Position numbers and translations under genes: made by a program
Part shown: positions 1 to 7,638 of the stretch, piece by piece
Position numbering within the stretch: the stretch's first letter is position 1
Layout: every line of letters starts with the position of its first letter
DNA from: Candidatus Hydrogenedentota bacterium
Lineage (GTDB): Bacteria; Hydrogenedentota; Hydrogenedentia; Hydrogenedentales; SLHB01
NCBI GenBank assembly: GCA_045863295.1
Contig: BTWA01000010.1
Coordinates: 122,716 to 186,715 of the forward strand
Direction: 5' to 3'
Length of the DNA stretch: 64,000 bases
Notes under the pieces: model-generated
The model's input: only the letters and a program-made list of their open reading frames with translations
What the model was told of the DNA's origin: nothing
Database searches by the model: none

Positions 1-37
1 TGTGTTGGAGACGCCCGCGGGCGGACCGGCCCAGTAA
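1..37 (+). CDS. Possible 3' end of an upstream gene (...VLETPAGGPAQ*), truncated by the window edge
   Basis: Open frame 2-37 ending in TAA, followed by hairpins and a U-tract. Too short to identify. Confidence 0.3.
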   Translation, partial: VLETPAGGPAQ

Positions 38-89
38 CGTCGATCGATGACTTCAACGCCTCCGGCTGTTGACTGGCACAGGCCAGTGC

Positions 90-113
90 GGCGCCGCGAG
101 GCGTTTTTATTTT
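90..113 (+). terminator. Intrinsic terminator-like hairpin
   Basis: GCGCC-GCGA-GGCGT followed by TTTTATTTT. A second hairpin ACTGGC-ACAG-GCCAGT lies at 72-87. Confidence 0.55.
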
Positions 114-128
114 GAATGGGCATTCCGT

Positions 129-842
129 ATGAGTCACGAGCACCGGTTTTTTTCTTCGCCTGGCGAGCAGGAGCCGGAGCGAATAACGTTGCGCGAGCAG
201 GAGGCGCACCATGCGCTGCATGTGGTTCGATTGCGCAAAGGCGACCGCGTGATTGTTTTTGACGGGCGCGGCCGCGAGTGGTCGTGTCTTGTGTCGGAGA
301 CGGGCCGGAAGGACGTGCAGCTCGCGATTGAATCGTCGCGAACGGCGGTAGCGCCCCGATACCGGTTGGACCTGTTGTTGGGCGCGTTGCACCGTGACAA
401 GGCGTTGGAAGAGGTGATTCAACGCGGGACGGAGATTGGGGTTTCGCGGTTTGTTTTTTTTCGGGCGGAACGGAGCGAACGTGCGGCAAAGGTGATGGAC
501 AAGTGGCACCGTTGGGCGGTGGAGTCGTGCAAGCAGTGTGGGCGGTTGTGGTTGCCGGCGTTCGCGGTGGCGGATTCGTTGGAGGCGGCGATGGCGGATA
601 CACCGGTGCTGCGTTTAATTGCCACACTCAACCGGAGTCCGATTCCTATCCGGACTTGTGTGGACACGCGGGAAGCCGCGGTGATTGTCGGTCCTGAAGG
701 GGATTTCACGGATCGCGAGTTGGCTTTGGCCGAATCGTTGGGCGCGAAGGCGTTCAGTTTGGGCGGGCACGTATTTCGCGCGGAAGTGGCGGCGGCGCTG
801 GCGGCGGGGTTGGTGTTGTACGAGTGGGGCGAGTTGGGTTGA
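129..842 (+). CDS. rsmE: 16S rRNA m3U1498 methyltransferase RsmE
   Basis: HHALHVVRLRKGD, ESCKQCGR, IVGPEGDF and VFRAEVAA SPOUT motifs. ATG at 129. Confidence 0.95.
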   Translation: MSHEHRFFSSPGEQEPERITLREQEAHHALHVVRLRKGDRVIVFDGRGREWSCLVSETGRKDVQLAIESSRTAVAPRYRLDLLLGALHRDKALEEVIQRGTEIGVSRFVFFRAERSERAAKVMDKWHRWAVESCKQCGRLWLPAFAVADSLEAAMADTPVLRLIATLNRSPIPIRTCVDTREAAVIVGPEGDFTDRELALAESLGAKAFSLGGHVFRAEVAAALAAGLVLYEWGELG

Positions 843-928
843 TTTCGGGGCGGGCGTTTTGCGTGGATGGCGAGGAGTGGAGTAAGCTTTCTTCTGTAGT
901 TTGTGCGGCCTATTGAGGGAGTGGGAAG

Positions 929-1273
929 ATGGGGGATGGCTGTTTGTTTTGCCGGATTGCGGCGGGGGAGATTCCGTCGCAGAAGGTGTACGAAGACGAG
1001 ACCGTGTTTGCGTTCCGGGATATTAACCCGCAGGCTCCCACGCATATTCTGGTTATTCCGAAGAAGCACATAGCACGGATGTCCGATTGTGTTGCCGAGG
1101 ATGCGGCTTTGTTGGGTGAGGTGATGTACCGGGCGGCGGAAATTGCGCGGCAGGAAGGCGTCGGCGACGGATTCCGCACGGTTGTGAATTGTGGCGAGAG
1201 TGTGGGTCAGAGCGTATGGCACATTCACGTGCACGTACTCGGGGGGCGGCCGATGCACTGGCCGCCGGGCTGA
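929..1273 (+). CDS. hinT: Histidine triad (HIT/HinT) nucleotide-binding protein
   Basis: CLFCRI, DINPQAPTHILVIPKKH and HIHVHVLGGR...WPPG. Confidence 0.93.
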   Translation: MGDGCLFCRIAAGEIPSQKVYEDETVFAFRDINPQAPTHILVIPKKHIARMSDCVAEDAALLGEVMYRAAEIARQEGVGDGFRTVVNCGESVGQSVWHIHVHVLGGRPMHWPPG

Positions 1274-1304
1274 AGCTAAAGCAGTATTGGATTCAATTAA
1301 CTTC

Positions 1305-2171
1305 ATGCAGACCATCGATACCGAGACCCGCCTTTGCGCCGTGATCGGCAATCCTGTGGGCCATTCACTTTCGCCCGCCATGCACAATGCGGCCTATCGC
1401 GCCGCCGGTTTGAATTATGCGTATCTCGCTTTTCGCGTCGAGGACGTGAAGGGTTGTCTTGACGGGATGCGCAGCATGCCGGGATTTCGCGGCATGAGCG
1501 TGACCATTCCGCACAAACTTGCGGTGATGGAGCATTTGGACGCCATCGACGACGTCGCCCGTCATGTGGGCAGTGTGAACACCATAACCAACGACGGTGG
1601 CCGGTTGACGGGCACGACCACGGACGGCCCGGGGTTGTTGCGGGCGTTGGGGGAGGCGGGCGTTGACTTGTCGGATCGACGCGTGTTGTTTCTGGGCGGT
1701 GGGGGCGCGGTTCGCGCGGTGGCTTTTGCGGTTTCTGAGTTGACGGAAGTGGAGCATGTAACTCTGTTGGGCCGCAGCCGCGAGAAGGTGGCTTCGTTGG
1801 TGCGGGACTTACGCGACAAGACGCCGGCGGATGTGTCATGGGGAACCTTTGAGGAGGATCTTCGCGAGGCTCTGGCCACGCATACGATCGTCATTCAAGG
1901 GACGCCGGTGGGGATGCACCCGCACGAAGGCGAGACGTTGATCGATGCCGCCATGTTGCGCCCTGAGCACGTGCTTTTTGACATGGTGTACCGGCCGTTC
2001 AAGACGCGGTTGCTTGTGGAGGCGGAAGCGCGAGGATGCCAGGTGATCCCGGGAATCGAGATGTTGATTCATCAGGCGGTACTTCAATTTGAGACATGGA
2101 CCGGCACGCGGTGTCCGGTTGAGGCGATGCGCGATGCGGCCTACAGCGCGCTGAAGGTAGGGGTTCGATGA
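1305..2171 (+). CDS. aroE: Shikimate dehydrogenase
   Basis: GNPVGHSLSPAMHNAA, SVTIPHK, VNT, GGGGA and DMVY. ATG at 1305. Confidence 0.95.
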   Translation: MQTIDTETRLCAVIGNPVGHSLSPAMHNAAYRAAGLNYAYLAFRVEDVKGCLDGMRSMPGFRGMSVTIPHKLAVMEHLDAIDDVARHVGSVNTITNDGGRLTGTTTDGPGLLRALGEAGVDLSDRRVLFLGGGGAVRAVAFAVSELTEVEHVTLLGRSREKVASLVRDLRDKTPADVSWGTFEEDLREALATHTIVIQGTPVGMHPHEGETLIDAAMLRPEHVLFDMVYRPFKTRLLVEAEARGCQVIPGIEMLIHQAVLQFETWTGTRCPVEAMRDAAYSALKVGVR

Positions 2172-2680
2172 ATATTGTGTTCGTGGGTGCGCGGGGCAGT
2201 GGCAAATCGATCGTGGCGAAGGCAGTATCCCGTCGTTTGGGCCGGGGCGTGGCCAGCACCGACGCTGAAATTGTGAAGAAGGCGGGGGTGCCGGTGTCCG
2301 AGTATGTAGCCGAGAATGGGTGGGATGCGTTTCGCGACTTGGAGACGTCCGTTGTGCTGGACTTGGCGAACGGCGACGATTTGGTGGTCGACACCGGCGG
2401 CGGCGTCGTGTTGCGGCCCGAGAATGTGGCCGCGTTGAAACGGAAAGGCTATGTGATTTGGTTGCGCACGTCGATTGAGACGCTGAAGAGTCGCCTGGCC
2501 GACGCGACCGACCGCCCTTCCCTTACGGGAACCAAATCCTTTGTGGAAGAGATGGAAGAGATATTGGCGGTGCGTGCGCCTATTTATGAGTCAGTCGCGG
2601 ATTGCATTATTGATACCGATCGCCGGTCGGTGGACGAGATCGCCGCGCTGATCGAGGAGCGGATACGTCAGGCGCTTTGA
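2168..2680 (+). CDS. aroK: Shikimate kinase
   Basis: P-loop GARGSGKS, FRDLE, TGGGVV and RPSL. ATGA overlap with aroE. Confidence 0.93.
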   Translation: MNIVFVGARGSGKSIVAKAVSRRLGRGVASTDAEIVKKAGVPVSEYVAENGWDAFRDLETSVVLDLANGDDLVVDTGGGVVLRPENVAALKRKGYVIWLRTSIETLKSRLADATDRPSLTGTKSFVEEMEEILAVRAPIYESVADCIIDTDRRSVDEIAALIEERIRQAL

Positions 2681-2724
2681 CAGCGGGCTGGGGAATTGGC
2701 GGCGGCAATCGAAGGGAGGACCGG

Positions 2725-2910
2725 ATGCGCATTCAGACGTTCATGGGAAAGGTTGGAGTGGAGGGCCTCACGGAGATGGACGAGCACATCAACCAGTGGC
2801 TGGCGCAGCATAACGTGGAGCCCAAGCACATCAGCCAGGCGTTCGGGCAGTCGACGAGCCGGGACGGTTCACACACGGAGCCGGTGTTGATCGTGTCGTT
2901 GTGGTATTAG
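2725..2910 (+). CDS. Small hypothetical protein (61 aa), Cse60-like pattern
   Basis: GGAGGA SD before ATG 2725. MRIQTF...MDEHINQWL...EPVLIVSLWY suggests a beta-alpha-beta-beta arrangement. Confidence 0.7.
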   Translation: MRIQTFMGKVGVEGLTEMDEHINQWLAQHNVEPKHISQAFGQSTSRDGSHTEPVLIVSLWY

Positions 2911-2939
2911 AGCGATTTGCAGGCGGACGGGCGGTTTTG

Positions 2940-2968
2940 TTGTACGCTGTTGTGAACGGTGGTACACT
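2940..2968 (+). promoter_or_regulatory. Sigma70-type promoter with extended -10
   Basis: TTGTAC-N17-TACACT with TG at the extended -10 position. Confidence 0.55.
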
Positions 2969-3098
2969 ACGTAGCGGTACCGGCGACGCCGGATACGCCC
3001 GGAGAGCAATCCCCGACCCAGAGTAGGGTCGTCGTATGTCCGGGCAGGCGCGACCCAGCGCCATTCCGCCCCGCGGGTTTCCTGCACGGAGCGTACCC

Positions 3099-3965
3099 AT
3101 GTCCCAAACGGAAGATGAGAGGCAATACGTCGGCATGATCCTCACAAAATACATCACGAAACCCTGTATACTGCCGTCGCTTGAGGCGAAGTCCAAGGCG
3201 GATGTTCTGAAAGAATTGACCCATCTACTTTTTGACAAGAAGAAGATGGACGGGATGGAGCTTGCGCTGGATCAGATTATGGCGCGTGAAGTGACGGAGA
3301 GCACGGGGATTGGCCGGGGGATTGCGGTTCCCCATGCCCGGATCACGGGGATGAAGGGGTTGCAGTGCGCGATTGGGCGTGTTGAGTCCGGGTTGGATTT
3401 CAAGGCGATCGATCGTCAGCCGGTCCACCTGATATTTTTGATTTGTTATCCGCCGAACGAGCAGACGACGTATCTGAATTTTGTTGCGACGGTGGCGAAG
3501 CTGTTGAGCAACAAGGAGCACTTGGAGGCGATTTTGAAGGCTCCGGGTGCGGACGAGATATTCGACATCCTTGAGCAACGTTCCGAGACGTTTACGGAGA
3601 GCCACGAACAGCAGGTGCGGAAGCTGAAGACTGATCCATCGATAGCGAAAGTGCCGGATGCGCACGCGGATTTGATTCTGCTGGCGCGTCTTCAGTTGTG
3701 CCAGGAGATGTTGCAGGGCGCGCGGACGGGGAAGGTACAGATTCAGAAGCGTATTGACACGATCCGCGAGTTGGTGGAGCCGCGCATCCTTAGTCACTAC
3801 GACAAGCTGATGAAGCGTCGCGCGCCCGCGCTTGTGGCGGTTGAGGGCGACACGTGCCAGGGGTGCTTCATGAAACTTGCGTCGCAATTTGTGCAGAAGG
3901 TCCGGAACGATCCACACCATTTGCACACGTGCACGAATTGCAGCCGATTTATCTACGTGGTGTGA
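3099..3965 (+). CDS. PTS EIIA type-2 (PtsN/Fru-like) domain fused to a C-terminal C4 zinc ribbon (zf-RING_7, CT398/HP0958-like)
   Basis: RE..ESTGIGRGIAVPHAR with the phospho-His, and C-terminal YDKL...GDTCQGC...CTNCSRFIY. Start is 3099 or 3135. Confidence 0.85.
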   Translation: MSQTEDERQYVGMILTKYITKPCILPSLEAKSKADVLKELTHLLFDKKKMDGMELALDQIMAREVTESTGIGRGIAVPHARITGMKGLQCAIGRVESGLDFKAIDRQPVHLIFLICYPPNEQTTYLNFVATVAKLLSNKEHLEAILKAPGADEIFDILEQRSETFTESHEQQVRKLKTDPSIAKVPDAHADLILLARLQLCQEMLQGARTGKVQIQKRIDTIRELVEPRILSHYDKLMKRRAPALVAVEGDTCQGCFMKLASQFVQKVRNDPHHLHTCTNCSRFIYVV

Positions 3966-4013
3966 TGTGCGGATTGAGGAATTGAGTCGGGGCCGAAGAA
4001 AGGATGGCCGAGA

Positions 4014-4496
4014 ATGAGTGGCGCAGATTTCGCCAAGCTTGCCGGTAAGATTGATTTGTTCAAGGGATTGCACCCGGAAGAGGTGAAGAAGATATTCGCC
4101 AAGGGCATGACGATGACGGTGCCCAAGGGGGACGTCGTATTTTACCAGGGAACCACGGGCAACACGATGTATGTTGTTTTGGGCGGGAAGATCGATCTCT
4201 ACGACCACAAGCGGTTCATAGCGTCGCTTCGATCCGGGGACACGTTTGGCGAGATGGCGTTGATCAACCATGAGCCTCGCAGTGCGACGGCGGTGGCTTC
4301 GGAGACGAGCCATTTGTTCGCGATGAACGAAACGACTTTCGACAAGCTGATGACCAAGTCCGTCGCAATCCGTATTCTTTTGAATATCGTAGGTTTGATG
4401 AGCAGCCGTTTGAAAAATATGAACGGCCAATTGACCAAGTTGAAAGTACTGCTGGAGCAGAAGGCGGAGCAGAAGGAAGGCGCACCGCAGTCTTGA
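4014..4496 (+). CDS. Stand-alone cyclic nucleotide-binding domain protein (no HTH)
   Basis: LFKGL, GDTFGEMALI and PRSATAVA phosphate-binding cassette, followed by a C-helix only. Confidence 0.88.
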   Translation: MSGADFAKLAGKIDLFKGLHPEEVKKIFAKGMTMTVPKGDVVFYQGTTGNTMYVVLGGKIDLYDHKRFIASLRSGDTFGEMALINHEPRSATAVASETSHLFAMNETTFDKLMTKSVAIRILLNIVGLMSSRLKNMNGQLTKLKVLLEQKAEQKEGAPQS

Positions 4497-4683
4497 CGGC
4501 GCGCGCGGGTCGGCGCCACGGGTAGGGGGCCGGCCCGGTATGGGACCCGCGTGGTCGGTCCATTTGCGATTTCGTGGGGTGTGATCGAAGGCCGGCAAGC
4601 GGCCTCGACAGGAGCCGATATTACATGGTTTTGACGACGGGCGTACGCCCGCTTTATTCAGGGCCGGACCGGGGCCGGGTTCA

Positions 4684-5508
4684 ATGAAGATCCATCCTAC
4701 GGCCATAATCGATTCCAGAGCAGAACTTGGCTCGGATGTTGAAGTGCAGGCGTACAGCCTTATTGGGCCGGGCGTGACCATTGGCGCGGGTACTCTTGTG
4801 GGTCCGCATTGCGTCATTGACGGCAGGACGGTGATCGGCGAGCGCAATCAGATCTATTCCGGCGCGCAGATAGGCGTTCGTTCGCAGGATTTGAAGCACG
4901 ACCTGAGCCGTCTGGGCCGGCTTGAAATCGGCGACGGCAATGTAATCCGGGAACACGTTTCGATCAGCGCGTCGACACAATCCAACGAGTCGGAAGACGC
5001 TCGCATAACCCGTATTGGCAGCGGCTGTCTGTTGATGACGTGTTCGCATGTGGCGCACGATTGTTCCGTGGGTGATGGTGTAATTATTGCGAATTGCGTG
5101 GCGCTGGCGGGCCACGTCACGGTGGAGGACCGCGCAATCCTGGGCGGTCTGAGCGCGGTTCACCAGTTTGTTCAGGTGGGCACGTTTGCGATGGTTGGCG
5201 GCATGAGCCGTATTTGGAACGATGCGCCGCCGTACATGATTACGGACGGGAATCCCGCGCGCTGCGGCGGATTGAACCTTGTTGGTCTCAAGCGGGCGGG
5301 TTTCGACGAGGCGTCGCGGGCGCGATTGAAGCAGATATACCGGATCATGTTTCGATCGGATCTGACTGCGGCCCATGCGCTTCAGGAGATCGAGTCGACC
5401 GTTGGGCCGGGGCCGGAGCGGGATCATTTCATTGCGTTCGTCAAGAAATCCGCGCGGGGTTTGACGCGTCCCCGGAGTTCACGCCAGGAAGAGAAGCCCG
5501 CCGAATAG
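4684..5508 (+). CDS. lpxA: Acyl-ACP--UDP-GlcNAc(3N) acyltransferase LpxA
   Basis: IHPTAII hexapeptide repeats, QDLK, HVAHDC, LAGHV, VHQF and GLNLVGLKRAGF. Confidence 0.95.
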   Translation: MKIHPTAIIDSRAELGSDVEVQAYSLIGPGVTIGAGTLVGPHCVIDGRTVIGERNQIYSGAQIGVRSQDLKHDLSRLGRLEIGDGNVIREHVSISASTQSNESEDARITRIGSGCLLMTCSHVAHDCSVGDGVIIANCVALAGHVTVEDRAILGGLSAVHQFVQVGTFAMVGGMSRIWNDAPPYMITDGNPARCGGLNLVGLKRAGFDEASRARLKQIYRIMFRSDLTAAHALQEIESTVGPGPERDHFIAFVKKSARGLTRPRSSRQEEKPAE

Positions 5509-5566
5509 GGATTGCGCATCCGGGATCGCCCGGATTCGCGGCCATTGCATGAATTGAGGTTTTGTC

Positions 5567-6520
5567 ATGGCAAAGGTACGGGCCGGAGTGGTTGGCGTAG
5601 GCCATCTTGGCTATCACCATGCGCGCATCTACGCGGAATCGAGCGAAGCCGATCTGGTTGGCGTCGTGGATATGGATTCCGGTCGTCGCGCGAAAGCGTC
5701 CAGCGATTTCCAAACTCAGGGCTTTGATTCCATCGCCGAGCTTCTGAAGGCCGGTGTTGATGCGGTCTCTATTGTCGTTCCGACGCGCGCGCATGCATCG
5801 GCTGCGTGCCAGGCGCTGGAAGCGGGCGTGGATGTGCTCGTGGAAAAGCCCATAGCCACGACGTTGGAGGAAGCGCGCGCGATTGTGGGTACGGCGGCCC
5901 GGTGCGGCCGGTTGGTGCAAGTGGGCCATATCGAACGGTTCAATGGCGCGGTGATGCGCTTGTTCGAAGCGGTGAAGAAGCCCCGGTTTATCGAATGCCA
6001 CCGGCTGAGCCCGTATCCGAACCGCGGCGACGACGTCAGCGTGGTTCTGGATCTGATGATACACGATCTGGAGATTGTGCGGGCGCTGGCCGGCGCGGCG
6101 ATCACACGCGTGGATGCGTCCGGCGTATCGGTGTTCTCTCACTACGAAGACATTGCGAATGCGCGATTGCGGTTTGCCTCGGGGTGCGTGGCGAACATCA
6201 CCAGTAGCCGTATATCCATGGAGCGCATGCGGAAGATCCGGATATTTTCGGAGGATGCCTATGTGTCCACCGATTACAGCGCGCAGGAAATAACTGTTTA
6301 TCGCAAGAAGCCGGGGGCGATTCCGCCGGGCAGCAATCCGATGGAATGGATCGAGATTGACGTGTTGCCGGTGGAGCGCGAAGAGCCGCTCAAACTGGAG
6401 TTGCATTCGTTCCTGGCGAGCGTGCTGGACCGGAAGCGGCCGCTGGTGTCGGGCGATGATGCGTTGGAAGCGCTGGAACTGGCGGATCAAGTCATGCGCG
6501 CGATTAAGGAAACAACGTGA
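5567..6520 (+). CDS. gnnA: Gfo/Idh/MocA oxidoreductase, GnnA-like UDP-GlcNAc 3-dehydrogenase
   Basis: GVGHLG, VEKP, VGHIERFN and DVSVVLDLMIHD. Located between lpxA and lpxB. Confidence 0.75.
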   Translation: MAKVRAGVVGVGHLGYHHARIYAESSEADLVGVVDMDSGRRAKASSDFQTQGFDSIAELLKAGVDAVSIVVPTRAHASAACQALEAGVDVLVEKPIATTLEEARAIVGTAARCGRLVQVGHIERFNGAVMRLFEAVKKPRFIECHRLSPYPNRGDDVSVVLDLMIHDLEIVRALAGAAITRVDASGVSVFSHYEDIANARLRFASGCVANITSSRISMERMRKIRIFSEDAYVSTDYSAQEITVYRKKPGAIPPGSNPMEWIEIDVLPVEREEPLKLELHSFLASVLDRKRPLVSGDDALEALELADQVMRAIKETT

Positions 6521-7638
6521 CGCGGGTCTATTTCGTGGCGGGGGAAACCTCGGGCGATGTGCATGGGAGCCATCTCATCCGCGCGTTGCGCGAAATGGAG
6601 CGTGAAATCGAATGTGAAGGGTTGGGCGGCAGCCACATGCGTGCGGCGGGGATGACGCTGCACTACGATCTTGCGGGCGACGCCATCATGGGATTTGCCG
6701 AGGTGGTGAAGCACCTTGGCAAAATCCGGCGGTTGTTTCATGCGACGGTTGAGCGGTTGCGTTCGAATCCTCCCGATTGCCTGGTGTTGATTGACTATCC
6801 GGGATTCAACATCCGGCTTGCCCAGCGGGCCAAGGGATTGGGCATTCCCGTGGTGTGGTATATCAGCCCGCAGGTTTGGGCATGGAAGCGCGGCCGGATC
6901 CACACTCTTGCCCAATGCGTGGATCAGATGCTGGTAATTTTGCCTTTTGAAGAGGCGTTGTACCGTGACGCGGGCTTGGCGTGCGAGTATGTGGGCCATC
7001 CGCTCGTCGATCATTTCGCCGCGACGGATGTGGAACGGCGTTACGGCGACGACATGGTGATTGGGATCCTTCCGGGCAGCCGCGCGCAGGAAATCGATCG
7101 GTTGTTGCCGGTAATGCTGGAGGCCGCCGCGGGTATTCGGAATGCCCACCCGAACGCGCGGTTTGTGACGCCCTGCGTGGATGTTGCGCGCGAGGCTCAG
7201 GTCAAGTCCGTTGCGCGGGAATTCCCGTTGGAGACGTTGGTTGGCCGTCCCTACGATGTGTTGAGCGCGGCGCGTTTTTGTTTGGTGGCGTCCGGCACGG
7301 CCACCGTGGAGACGATGCTGCACGGTGTTCCGATGATCATTTTGTACAAGGTGGCTTCCATGACGTACTGGCTGGCCCGATGGCTGGTGCGTGTAGATCA
7401 CATTGGCATGGTCAATATTCTGGCAGGAAAACGCATTGTTCCCGAATTCATCCAACATGACGCGGCGCCCGCAAAGGTGATCCCGGCGGCTCTGGAGTTA
7501 ATCGCTGATTCCGAAGCGCGGCGGCGAATGATCTTCGAATTGGCCGAGGTCCGGGAGAAGGTGGGCGGTCCTGGCGCTTCGCGGCGCGCGGCCGAATCCG
7601 TGCTGGCCGTGATCCGGCGGAGGCGATGCGATGGCTGA
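6517..7638 (+). CDS. lpxB: Lipid-A-disaccharide synthase
   Basis: AGETSGD, IDYPGFN, SPQVWAW, VGHPL, LPGSR, SGTAT and PEFIQ. Confidence 0.97.
   Translation: MTRVYFVAGETSGDVHGSHLIRALREMEREIECEGLGGSHMRAAGMTLHYDLAGDAIMGFAEVVKHLGKIRRLFHATVERLRSNPPDCLVLIDYPGFNIRLAQRAKGLGIPVVWYISPQVWAWKRGRIHTLAQCVDQMLVILPFEEALYRDAGLACEYVGHPLVDHFAATDVERRYGDDMVIGILPGSRAQEIDRLLPVMLEAAAGIRNAHPNARFVTPCVDVAREAQVKSVAREFPLETLVGRPYDVLSAARFCLVASGTATVETMLHGVPMIILYKVASMTYWLARWLVRVDHIGMVNILAGKRIVPEFIQHDAAPAKVIPAALELIADSEARRRMIFELAEVREKVGGPGASRRAAESVLAVIRRRRCDG

Noticed and set aside
1..123. Minus-strand ORF or tmRNA-like stem (GGAGGCG/CGTCTCC) at the left edge
   Set aside because: Far too short for tmRNA, has no riboswitch core, and would start only 5 bp from the rsmE start codon.
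4497..4683. Hairpins and the palindrome CGGGCGTACGCCCG before lpxA
   Set aside because: Very GC-rich sequence pairs easily by chance. No second copy or known motif.
3225..4847. 540-aa antisense ORF
   Set aside because: Shadow of three clear + genes, with no motifs. Long shadow ORFs are expected at high GC.
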